From Tubulanus polymorphus (Eukaryota > Animalia > Nemertea): a stretch of 64,000 nt of DNA. Below the pieces are notes generated by a model. The model saw only the letters and a list, made by a program, of their open reading frames with translations, searched no databases and was not told the DNA's origin. The stretch spans positions 19,839,245 through 19,903,244 of the forward strand of contig NC_134028.1 in assembly GCF_964204645.1 (NCBI RefSeq). The letters are read 5' to 3'. Below are positions 17,881-29,869 of this stretch, piece by piece. Each line of letters starts with the position of its first letter. Positions within the stretch are counted from its first letter, which is position 1. The position numbers were made by a program, and so were the translations under genes.

Positions 17881-20800
17881 TTTTGAATCAAAAAGCTATT
17901 CGATATTGTGCATTTTCTGTATTCGCAGTTAAATCGACGAGAACTTGCTCAATTTGGTGAAAAAACTAATTACGCCAATTGTTGAGACAACTGGTGTTGA
18001 GACAAAATTATATTTTAATAACGCTGATATTTGAGTTCACACAGTTCACTTGTCCCTAACGCTAACGCAGTGTATATCCCATGAACAAACAAACGGCCAT
18101 TCAGACTAAACGACACGTTGTATTGCAAGATCATATCGTTAATCTTTTCATTCTTTTCATTCGAACAAAATGTTTTCGTGGGGACGACATTTTTTTCGTT
18201 CTAACGAAATATTTCTTAATAGGAGGCATTCCGCCTGACCCCTGACTCCATGGAGGGGGGTCAAACAGATTTTAAAAGAGATCAGTGCCATTTGTTAGTA
18301 AAAGACCAATTCCGTGACTACCTAATATCCATTAATCCTCCTAACATATGTTACTAACCCTTTATGTATAGAAAGTAGCCGAATAATTGTATGATTCTCA
18401 TTTCGTCATATAAGTTGATTATAACAGAATGTTACCTGAACCCAGCATCAACTACTAGTGGGTCGATTACGAATAGTATTAAGTTTAACACCCCAACCAG
18501 GAATCCCCCTCGAAAATCACATGACCATAGCCCTTAACGTTCATACATGTATCATTCGAGTCAAAAATTGTAGCATTCCTCATTGTAAGAATAAAAATCC
18601 CCCCGCCTACTGGAGTAAGGGGGTTGGCAATCTCCATGAGTTGCCTGGGGGTTGTTATTCTGGGGCAATTCGAAGGTGAGGTGTTATTTTTGGGGATCAT
18701 TTGCGAAGGGTTATTGTCTGAAGGGTAATTTTTCGAGGGCTTTTTAGAAGGCTTGGGGGTAAGAACACTTGAGTTGGGGCTAATATTGCTTTGAGCGTTA
18801 TGTTAGGATTTGAATAAGTTCTACTAATTCGCTAATCACACGTCACATGATTATATCTATAGTCACGAGCTTCCCGCTATCCGTGCAACGTGGAGTGTCT
18901 GTGCCTTAATTAGGAGTGCGAGTAATGGGCAAGACACCCCAAACCTCTTTTTCTGATCCTAACCCACAGTGTTTAGTTAGAAACACAGTGTTTAGTTTTT
19001 TACAATATTTTCCACCATGTCACACATTTTCGTTTCCACGAAAAAATTATTTAGTTTCTACGTCGCAAAACATTTCGATCGGACGAAAATTAAAAAAAAA
19101 AACCACAACCAAACCCGACATAAACCGCAATCTTTAAAATCAACTTCATTTCACCTTGAAAAATTGCATTATAAAATCACCTTTCCGCATTTTTAAAAAC
19201 AAATTTTGTGATTCAGAAAATATAGACTATTTTTACTGATCGAGCGCAATCAGGAACAAGGTCGAATTCTACACCAGCTCTCGGGGTCATAGCATAATCG
19301 AAAACAATGTGTAATAAGTGCGGCCTTGCAATACAAATTGTCTGAATGGTCGTGTGTTTGATGATACTCTGTCTGTTCGGGCTAGGGACAAGTTATTATT
19401 ATTTTTTTCATTTTTATTATTCTTTATTTTGTGAACTGTGAAAATTCAAATTTCAGCGTCAAACATTATTTTGTCTCAACACCGTCCGAGGCGTAGTCAG
19501 ACGGTACCCCTAGACTGCCCTAAAGTTTCAAACTCATTAGAATTTCTCAAGTTAACAATTTTTATCATGCAGATTCTTTTTGGCAAATTCAAAATGTGGT
19601 AGAAACTTCTACATCTATCTTGGATGTTTCCTAAAGAGGGTATCTGATCAAAGCTATCATCTACGAATAATCAATAGTCGGTTTGAATAGAACCTAACTC
19701 GTGATCAATACAATCAATGATTTTATTGATATTTACTATAATTGTTAAAACGTTTGGCGTAATTAGATTTTTTCGCCGATTTTCCCCAAATTGAATTGAA
19801 CAAGTTCTCGTCAATTTCAACTGCAAATACAGAAAACACACGATATAGAATAGATTCTTATGTCAAAACTTCGAACTTTTCCTACGAACCAATCCCGCAC
19901 TCTTTCACAGTTTTCAGTTCGACACTCCTGGGCCAAGTTCCATAAAACTAGATCCATTTCCACAGTTTTGGATCAATTTCCACAGTTTTGGACCAAGTTC
20001 TGAAAACTTTCTTAATACAGTTGTCCCGGTTCCACTGTATTGTTGTAGACCTAATTTTTGGATCGAGTTCCACTGGAATGCACCTTCCTTACTTGTCGAC
20101 CCAGTTCCGTACTGGGCGCATTCTACGGTTTTGGATCCAGTTCCACAGTTTTGGACATGTTTCTACAGTTGTAGAGCAAGTTCCACAATTGTGGACTACT
20201 TTCTACAGTTTTAGACGCAGTTCCATTGTTCTGTACCTACTTTTACAGTTGTGGGCCAAATTTCACACTTCATGACCTACTTCTACAGTTGTTGATCCAG
20301 ATCCACCGTATTTTGGACCTACTTTTTGCTACACTTTTTCACACTTCAGGACTTGCTTACTTAGTATCCAGTTCCACAGTCCTGGACAAAGTCCTAAAGT
20401 TTGGTTTTATTTGAGTCAAGAGTTGAAATTCATTTCAAGTTCATTTTCAATAATTTGACTCTGCTGTGGAAATATGGAACTGTGGAACCGGGTGCCAATT
20501 AATTAATATTTGAATATACAGTTCATAATGTAGCCTTTTACAAGATTTTATTCATGTGTGGATGAAAAATGTAAAACCTCCATCGTCCTTCAAATTAATT
20601 TCCAGCAATATACAGTAGAAAAACAGATGCAGACAGATTAAACAAAGCAAAAATAATCAAATCTATCCTGTAAATAGTTGGTATTAAATCTACTGAGTGG
20701 GATGTTTAATGTGAAACCGTTCAGCAACTTCTGATCAAATATTATTCATCCCAAAATATGTATAAAACTGGCAGAATTCAATCGACAAAATGAGACATTC

Positions 20801-21993
20801 GTCAGTCGCTTCAACGCCACATTAAATCTCAACACACATTATACAGGTAAGATCATTTGTAATATCTGTATTTCTGACACAGCCGGGAACCAGTCTCTAT
20901 TTCTATGATCTGATTGCAGTTTTTCAGGGACAACATGAAATTGATCAGTTTTTTTTGTGGTTTTTCTGGCGGTTTTCTGGGTATCAACCGATGCCATTGC
21001 TGATGGAAGTACATGTAGCAAGGTAAAATATCTGCCTATAAAGAGAAAACGCTGTATCGTCAAAGCGTTTCACCAATCGAATGTAATATGTAGAGTTAAT
21101 CCATCGCAGCTACACTCATGAACCTAAAGTCTACCAACCTTCTTGGTTCAACGTGCAGTTGATATTCTTCATGGAAAGACGAATTAACGGAAATACCTCT
21201 CAGTATTTGAAACAAATCTCTGAAGATTGGTTGAGGTATTCCACCCGAAACGTTAGAATGAAATAATAACTGTTGTTTAAGATCTATATTGTGGGTTTTT
21301 ACGCAATTGTATTCAAGACTGGAAATAGTACCAATTATTTATAACCTCTTTGTATTCTTATGATCATGATTTTCACTGTTGTATCTTAAGGGTTTACCAA
21401 GAAAAAGCATTTTCGATTGCGTTTGTTTTTATTTGCAGGTATCATCTCGTGCTGTCGAGTTTTATGGCAAGGCCATATCGGAACCACTGAGCAAATTAGA
21501 TTGCGAAAGTATCGTCAACAGCAAGATCTTGGACGATCTTAAGTCAACGGATCTACTAGTGCAGTGCGGAAACGCCAGGGGGAGACACAAGTGCCAACTT
21601 GACATGTTCAATGAGAAAGCTTATACCTGCAACAGTGACCGGTGTGCGCGCGTGTCTTCCAGCTATCGATCACAACGCTGTCTGGCTGTCCGGCAACACG
21701 AACGCCATTTTTCACTTTATTGTTCGCAGGGAATTTGTTATAATTTTATGTTCTATTCAGCCGCAACCATGTATATGATTATTTACTGAATAAATTTTGA
21801 ATTGAATTGAATTGAAAATTGTGTTGTCATAAGTTGAAGATTCTTAATGCCGTCCTGGTCCAACTGATTATGTAATCATCGGCTGGATGATCCATCGAAA
21901 TTTAGAGAATGAAATTTAAGTAAGTAAATATCAAACAGCTATATCTGCCCAGGTTGGAATAAATTCTGTAGACTTATCCCCGGGTTCCATTCA

Positions 21994-22909
21994 GCTAGCT
22001 GAACTTGTCCAGGTGTTGTCCAATTGGATGACAATTAATAAATTAAAAGCTAACGGCGATAAAACCGAATTCGTAATACTTGGTTCACCATATGCCAAAA
22101 GCCTTTTACCCAGTGATTTATATATTACTATTGATGGTATTGAAATCCATCCATCAACTTATGTTAAGAATCAAGGTGTAATTTTGGATGAACATTTGTC
22201 TTTATCAAAGCATGTTAACAATATTTGTCGCACTGCTAACTACCATCTGTATTGCATAGGTAAAATACGAAGTCTGTTAGACGATGCAGCGTGCAAAGCA
22301 GCCGTTGTTTCTTTGGTGATTAGCAGGCTTGATTATGCCAATTCGCTGCTTGTGGGCTCAATGCCACTTTGATCAAGCGCCTTCAGCTCGTTCAGAACAA
22401 TGCCGCTCGCCTTATCACCAAGAAAAAGAAGAGTGAGCATATAACACCTGTCCTACAGTCTTTACATTGGCTGCCGATCTCGGTGCGGATTGAATATAAG
22501 ATTCTCTTTATGGTGGGTATACAAATGTTTACATGGACTAGCACCTGAGTACCTGAAATCCTTTCTGTCTCAATATAATCCGACCCGGTCTCTGCGTTCC
22601 AGCCACGATAAAACAATTCTAGTCACACCAATTCCACGTATTTCGTACGGCAGTCGATCTTTTAAATGTATTTGTCCGATCCTCTGGAACAAACTTCCAA
22701 TATCTCTGAGAGAAAGTGCGTGCGTTGATATTTTTTAACGTAATCTTAAGACATACCTTTTTAGCCAAACCTACTCTTAAAACCTACTATGTATTGTTTT
22801 ATAATGCATGTGTAATTTTAACAATTTTCTGTATTGTGTTTTATATTGTAAAGCGCAGCGATTATTTCTTAGATCTGCGCTTTAAAAGAAAACATATTAT
22901 TATATTATT
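21994..22909 (+). mobile_element. 5'-truncated L2/CR1-group LINE (RT C-terminus and 3' UTR)
   Basis: WMTINKLKANGDKTEF, KNQGVILDEHLSL, VISRLDYANSLL, QNNAARLI..HITPVLQSLHWLP (frameshifted). 3' stem-loop AAAGCGCAG..CTGCGCTTT and ATT-rich tail. Flanked by ATTCA. The paralogous site near 39858-39862 is empty. Confidence 0.92.
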
Positions 22910-23277
22910 ATTCACAATCTCCCGTTTGCGTTAATTGGCATGCAAGATCGTCCCACTACTAACTCCCTTACCCGTAATGTTAACCTTGAAAAAACCTGTC
23001 CCGTGCATTGGACACCGTCTGGAGACACCGGGAACTCGTTTCATCTGCTCACCGGTTTCCGGGGGAACTGCAAACTGCGATCGAACCGACAATGAAATCA
23101 ATACATCATAACATTCATTTTATGCCGACTAAGAACTATTTACTTGCATTTTCAAACATTGACATAAATTTTAATCGTATAGAACAAGGAAACCCGGAAT
23201 CTATAGAATTAGAACATACATCTTCTAGTATAAATGCGATGTTGCTCGAATTATCGATCATTTATGCATGGAATTTT

Positions 23278-23535
23278 CTAGTTTTCTAGTTTTTTCAATG
23301 CTTCTTTCAAAGTTTTCAAATTGTTTCTGATGACGTTGACATTGTTTCGTACGTAAGCGAAAATCTTCGATTTGCCTTGTTTTGACTTGAAGACTTTCGC
23401 CAAAACGCTAGGTAGTTGTGAACCTTGTAACTTTAGATCGTCCAAGATCTTGCTGTTAACGATGGTATCGCAATCTAATTTGCTCAGTGGTCCCGATATG
23501 GCCTTGCCGTAATGTTCGACAGCAAGAGATGCTAC
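23278..23535 (-). other. Putative terminal coding exon of an unidentified gene, repeated in the cassette (other copies 15922-16167 -, 21439-21557 + truncated, 32593-32847 +, 40122-40379 -, 45175-~45440 + frameshifted)
   Basis: Conserved splice acceptor followed by an open frame V(A/S)S.AVE.YGKAISGPLSKLDC..IV.S.ILDDLK...RNNV....NLK.L..ALK.L.N*. Confidence 0.5.
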
Positions 23536-23586
23536 CTATATAATTAAAATGTAATTGAAAATGGTTTTTCCTGCTGAACCCCTAAA

Positions 23587-24840
23587 TTACAACATTGATG
23601 TCACGATTATCAGGAGGTTATACTAAGAGGTTATAAATAGTTGAGACTATTTCCAGTCCTGCGTAAAAACCCACAATATAGATCTTAAACAACAGTTGTT
23701 ATTTCATTCTAACGTTTCGGGTGGAATACTTCCACTCATCTTCAGAGATTTGTTTCAAATACTGAGAGGTATTTCCGTTAATTAATCTTCTTTCCCTAAG
23801 TAATATCAACTGCACGTAGGATCAAGGAGATTTGTAGACTTTAGGTTCAGGAGTGTAGCTGCGATGGATTAACACACGTGATATGACTAACAGATATTTA
23901 CTTTGCGACATGTACTTTCATCAATGGCATCGGTTGAAGCCCAGAGAACGGCCGGAAAAACCACAAAAAACTTATCAATTTCATGTTGTATCCGAAAAAC
24001 TGCAATCAGATCATAGAACTGGAGACTGGTTCCCGGCAGTCAGAACTACCGATATTAGAATTGATCTTACCTGTATAATGTGTGTTGAGATTTAACGTGC
24101 TGTTGAAGCGACTGACGAATGTCTCATTTTGTCGATTGAATTTTGCCAGTTTTATATATTTCGGGCTGAATAATATTTGATCAGAAGTTGCTGAATTAAT
24201 TCCAAACTATTTACAACATTGATGTCACGATTATCAGGAGGTTATACTAAGAGGTTATAAATAGTTGAGACTATTTCCAGTCCTGCGTAAAAACCCACAA
24301 TATAGATCTTAAACAACAGTTGTTATTTCATTCTAACGTTTCGGGTGGAATACTTCCACTCATCTTCAGAGATTTGTTTCAAATACTGAGAGGTATTTCC
24401 GTTAATTAATCTTCTTTCCCTAAGTAATATCAACTGCACGTAGGATCAAGGAGATTTGTAGACTTTAGGTTCAGGAGTGTAGCTGCGATGGATTAACACA
24501 CGTGATATGACTAACAGATATTTACTTTGCGACATGTACTTTCATCAATGGCATCGGTCGAAGCCCAGAGAACGGCCGGAAAAACCACAAAAAAACTTAT
24601 CAATTTCATGTTGTATCCGAAAAACTGCAATCAGATCATAGAACTGGAGACTGGTTCCCGGCAGTCAGAACTACCGATATTAGAATTGATCTTACCTGTA
24701 TAATGTGTGTTGAGATTTAACGTGCTGTTGAAGCGACTGACGAATGTCTCATTTTGTCGATTGAATTTTGCCAGTTTTATATATTTCGGGCTGAATAATA
24801 TTTGATCAGAAGTTGCTGAATTAATTCCAAACTATTTACA
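23587..24840. repeat. Near-perfect 624-bp tandem duplication
   Basis: Units start at 23587 and 24211. TTACA occurs at both unit starts and at the far end (24836-24840). The paralog near 40.4-41.1 kb has one unit. Confidence 0.93.
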
Positions 24841-27296
24841 GGATCGATTCGATTATTTTTGCTTTGTTTAATCTGTCTGGCCCTGTTTTTCTACTGTATA
24901 TTGCTGGAAATTTGAAGGACGATGGAGGTTCGACATATTTTTTATGCACACATGAATTGATTATTGTAAAAGACTAGATTAAAACTTTAGATTCAAATAT
25001 CATACGAACTACTTCCGGTTCTACAGTTCCACAATTTCACAGAGAGGCAACTTATTGAAAATGAACTCATTTTCAAACTCTTGAGTCAAATTCAACCGAA
25101 CTTAGGAACTTTGTCCAGGACTGTGGCGCTGGATCCCAAATAAGCAAAATCCAGAAGTGTGGAGTCATGACCGCAACTGTAGGGGTAGGTCCACAACTGT
25201 GGAACTTGGCCAACAACTGTAGAAACGGGTCCAGAAGTGTGGAACTGGGTCTTAAACTGTAGAAGTAGATCCAGAACTGTGGAACAGGGTCCACAACTGA
25301 AGAAGCGGGTCCAGAACTATATAACCGTTCCACAATGGTTGAAATGCGTCCAGCTGGAACTGGATCCACAACTGTAGAAGTAGAACCATAATTGTGGAAC
25401 TGGGACCAAGCTGTAGACGTATCTCCATTACCGTGGAACTGGATCCAAAACGGTAGAAATAGATTCAGAACTGCGTAGCTGGGTCTACAACTGGAGGGTC
25501 CATGCAGAACTGAAGAATTGGGTCCACACGTGGAAATAGATCCAGAACTGTGGAACAGAATCTCGTTTTATGGAACTTGGTCCAGGAGTGTGGAACTCAT
25601 GGGCAAAACTGCAGAATTTGGTCTCAACCTGAAAAAAGGACGTTTTGACTTACATATTCTGTGTTTTTTCTGTATTTGCAATAAATCGACGAGAACTTGT
25701 TTAGTTTGGGGAGAATGGGCGAAAATAACGCATTACGTCGATTGTTTTAACGCAGTGAATATCAATAAAATCATTGATTGCATTGATCACCAGTTAGATT
25801 CTATTTAAACCGACCAGTAATTATTTTGTTTTAATTAGATAACAATGGTCGGTTTTATCAGATCACCTCCATGGCAAATACTCCAAGTCATGTCTTGAAG
25901 TTTCTGCCACGGTTTGAATTCATGCCGACAAATCTGTATGCTCATGAATTGTAAACCTGAGGAAATTTAATGAATTTAAATGGATGAAGTCTAGGGGTAC
26001 CGTCTGAATAAGCCCCGGACGGTGTTCAGACAAAATGATGTTTTAACACTGGTATTTATTGTCAAAATAAGTTCATTTTTAATCTTTGAACTGAATTTTT
26101 AGACTCCCTAATCCATATATTATCACAGCGCCCATCAAATATGCAAAACTTTCATTCTTCAAATTGAACGACTTCTCGTCGATTTATTTCTACAGTTGTG
26201 GATCCAGTTACACAATTTTGGACCTGCTTCTACAGTTGTCGATCCAGTCATACAGTGTTGGACCTATTCGACAGTTGTGGATCCAATTCCACACTTCTGG
26301 ACCCACTTCTATGGACCCAGTTCCACACTTCTGGACATACTTCTACGGTCCACAGTAATCTGGACCTTCTTCGACACGATTACCCAGTTCCACACTGTCT
26401 TCTAAACCTACTTCTGCAGTTGTGGGCCCAGTTTCACAGTTGTGAACCTACTTCATAGTTGTGGACCCAGGTCCACATTTCTAGGCCTACTTCGACAGTG
26501 TTGTGGATCTGGTATGGTTTCTAAATGTTAACCAGTGTTGCGGTCGTGTCATTTCTCCAGTATCGGGTTTCTGTTAAAATCTTCTTACTGTTATTGTTTT
26601 ATACGTGTGACGCAAGCATCAACGCAGGTTGTCTGATAATAGCAACACTGGCCATGAAATTCAGTTTCCGTACATTACTTGTTGCTATAGTTTAACAACT
26701 GAAATAACTGAAGCTCAATAATATTCCTGAAAGCCCATAAATATAATTCATGAAAGCCGCATAATAGATCCAGTTCTGGACCTACTTCTACAGTTTTTGA
26801 CCAAGTTCCACACTTCTAGACTTGTTTCTAGGATCCATTTACACTGTCCTGGACAAAGTACCTAAGTTCAGTTGAATTTGACTCAAGAGTTAAAATGAGT
26901 TTATCTTTTATGAGTTTAGTTAAAATGAGTTTATTTACAATAATAAGTTGACTCTTTCGTGGAATTGTCGATTGAAATGTAAAACCTCCATCGTCCTTCA
27001 AATTTCCAGCAATATACAGTAGAAAAACAGATGCAGACAGATTAAACAAAGCAGAAATAATCGAATCTCGATAGACTCTCGAAGATAACTGTATGAATTT
27101 TTCGGAAAAATAAATCAAATATGATTGATAAACTTGTCTTCCTCATAGGACCACGCGCTGTTCTAGTCAGGTTCTCTACTCTCTAAACAGCCCCTTGGAC
27201 ACCATGTTCCCGTATCGACCATTCCCATCCGTCCCTACTTTCAAGGGCAGTCCCGTGGACACAATGCTCCTATGTCTCGAACTTTCACGTCTCTAC

Positions 27297-28060
27297 TCGT
27301 AGACGGAATCCAGTTATTTTTGGTTCAAAGTTTCAAAGACGCTTCAATGTAATGTCTTGATATTTGTGTTGCACGTGTATCTAGTCAGACTCCGGCCACC
27401 TCATTGTCTGTATCCTATTTTGTTATTTTTCATTTGTACATATTGATGGTGACAAATAAACTACTATACTATACTATCTACCCTAGACACATCTTGAGCC
27501 CAAAAACCGGCCTTGGCATAATCAAGATGGCCTACTGGCACAGCCATTGTTGTTCGCCAAAATCAGCACTTTTCACACATTTTTGAAGATTTTGAGGGAA
27601 ATTTTGAAGACGCTTAAATCATTTACCTTGATCTTTCGCATGAATCCCCCAAGGGCCCATCAGTATGAGAGAAAAAAACGAAATATAGCGCAAAAACGAA
27701 ATAAGTGCAAAAACAAAAGTATTCGATTTTGCTCTTTGATTTTTGGCTCCATAATATTCGTTTTTGCGCCCGTTGTAGCTCATGACATGTACTATAATTG
27801 TGGTGAGTTTCGATGTTATTGGGTTTTGCATATGGTCACCAGGGGGCGTTGAAGAGTAGAATACTTAGCATTTCCATAATATACTGGTACTTAGGCATAT
27901 TTTGATATCACAATCAATTACAAAATCGTAGCTGCTGACATGTTCTATGATTGTGACTTTTCAGATCATTGGTTTTTGTATATGGTCACCAGGGGGCGTT
28001 GAATATTGAAATTGTTATGATTGTTGAGCATCTGAAACCACTTCCCAAGTGGGCATGGTG
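27297..28060 (+). mobile_element. Partial copy of the Helentron/DINE-like non-autonomous element also found at 54650-55955
   Basis: Shares GTAGACGGAATCCAGTTATTTT, ATCTACCCTAGACACATCTT, TATGGTCACCAGGGGGCGTTGAA and AACCACTTCCCAAGTGGGCATGGTG with the reverse complement of that element. Confidence 0.7.
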
Positions 28061-28241
28061 TGACTCGGTCTCTTCCTACTGTATATGATTAGTTTTGCCA
28101 AAATACATAAGGAGGATTTTTTTATTTTCCTTGTAATAAATTTACAGCACCGTTACAAACATTAAGATACTTCTTGTCTCTTTAGCCTGAGTGGACTATT
28201 GCGTTTACCTCTCCGTGCAAACTGAAATGCATGACAATGGC

Positions 28242-28284
28242 ATCTGCCTGCCTGCCTGCCTGCCTGCCTGTCTGTCTGTCTGTA

Positions 28285-28317
<33 letters not shown>

Positions 28318-28377
28318 GCCCGTCAACCAATCTTTTGGGTACCTCTGTTATGGTACCCAAAAGATTGGTTGACGGGC

Positions 28378-28446
<69 letters not shown>

Positions 28447-28469
28447 TACAGACAGACAGACAGGCAGAT
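28242..28469. repeat. Microsatellite-armed palindrome: (CTGT)n - 24-bp stem - 8-nt loop - (ACAG)n
   Basis: CCGTCAACCAATCTTTTGGGTACC tctgttat GGTACCCAAAAGATTGGTTGACGG, flanked by complementary tetranucleotide arrays that share the same CTGTATGT variant unit. Confidence 0.95.
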
Positions 28470-29289
28470 TTGAGAGATTTGAATCGAGAAACTCGATTTG
28501 TAGAAACCAAATATTAAACTCGTGTCATTCATCGAATATTTAATTACAGTAGGAAAGTGTCATTCAGTTACCAGGTGCCATTTTCAGCGGGTCCCACATT
28601 GTCCCGCAGATTTTAACATGTTCTAAACTAAAACCTTTAGTGCGATTAATTGTCGTCCATGCCTCCTTAGGCACAAAATCTAAACTTATGAATCGTTAGA
28701 AGTTGACAATTTTTTTTCTGATTGTTTATTTCATTTTTCTCGGCTGCAACAATCGGATACAAAAAAGATGCGTCACTTTTAAGAAGGCGCCTCAAAAAAG
28801 TTGGTAATTCTGTGTCATTGTCTGTAACTTTTTAACTTTTTGAGATACAATTTAGAATTTTTCAATATAGAGTTTCATCCGAGGATTTTGTTTATACTGC
28901 ATTCGTAAAACTATCTTCATAGAAACGCGCGTGGCCACGGGCTGATCAGTGCAAAGCGTGCAAGTGGTCGACCGTCGATTTTCTGCATACGCGGGTTAAG
29001 CTATTTTCACGGCAATTTTCAAACTTTTAAAGATTTTCAAGATCAAAATTCCATGTTGAATTGCTCAGCTCATATATAAATGGTATATAGTTAATTTGTA
29101 TTTGCGACACACCTCTACTAGGTCAAGGTCGGTGGAGACTAATGATGGCGGCTTGTCAAAAAACTGAAAATTTTCACTTTCAAGACGATTTTACAGCTTG
29201 ATGAGAATCAGTTGATACGACTGGTATTCACAGTTTGACTGAGGCCCAGTTGTCCCCGGCCCTTATTATGAATAAGCAAAAAATAAACA

Positions 29290-29660
29290 ATTTCAGACTT
29301 ATTTCCCGTTCGCATTGCTTTGTGGGAGTTTTTATAACAGTTGATTTACAGTCGGGCTCAGTTAAACCTCGTCTCAAAAGAGAAACCACTGTCGCAGTAT
29401 TTAATACCGTACGCCTTCAGGTTTAATTCACTCGTCTGTAAGAAATATCTCGGCGGACAGGAATGTGAAAAATGGCGTTCGTTGCCGGACAGCCAGACAC
29501 AGCTGTCAGTGACAGCCGGAAGACACGCCCACACATCGGTCACACCTACAGGTATCAGCTCTCTTATTGAACATGTCAAGTTGAAACAAATCTTTTTTCT
29601 GGCGTTTCTAAACTGTTTAATTGGTTTTCTAACGCAGATGAACCGAATTACTTGTTATCG
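29290..29660 (+). pseudogene. Class B (secretin-family) GPCR N-terminal exon relics, interrupted by a SINE
   Basis: Homologous to 33123-33415 and 45700-46380. Exon ending ..CACCTACAG/gtatca, then acceptor ..cgcag/ATGAACCG. Frameshifted. Confidence 0.55.
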
Positions 29661-29667
29661 TTGAGAT

Positions 29668-29791
29668 TGGGGTCTCGTGCAGTTGTTTGAGTGGAGGACT
29701 GGGAACCAAGAGGTCCCTAGATCGAAACCACATCTGGCTGTCCAGACACATGCATGGACTAAGCTCTGGTAACTCTGTCAGGTTGTGAGCC
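29668..29791 (+). mobile_element. tRNA-derived SINE, 3'-truncated (longer copy on the minus strand at ~45815-45997)
   Basis: GGGGTCTCGTGCAGTTGTTTGAGTGG (A-box-like) ... GATCGAAACC (B-box-like), inserted in the GPCR hormone-binding exon. Confidence 0.55.
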
Positions 29792-29869
29792 TAAAGAATT
29801 TGCTCTAGCTGGAGCTGATGTAATTCAAGCATTCACCTTTCACGCGACGGATGGAATGCTTCAATGTAG
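29792..29869 (+). pseudogene. 78-bp copy of part of BHMT coding exon 2
   Basis: Matches 13470-13547 with 4 mismatches (TAAAGAATTTGCTC.AGCTGGAGCTGATGTAAT.CAAGCATTCAC.TTTCA.GCGACGGATGGAATGCTTCAATGTAG). Confidence 0.93.

Noticed and set aside
17231-17960. ORFs over the 40-bp repeat arrays (also near 20, 25, 26, 31, 41 and 44 kb)
   Set aside because: Minisatellite-derived, with no consistent frame across copies.
28191-28532. CLSV/QTDR-repeat ORFs on both strands
   Set aside because: Translations of the tetranucleotide palindrome.
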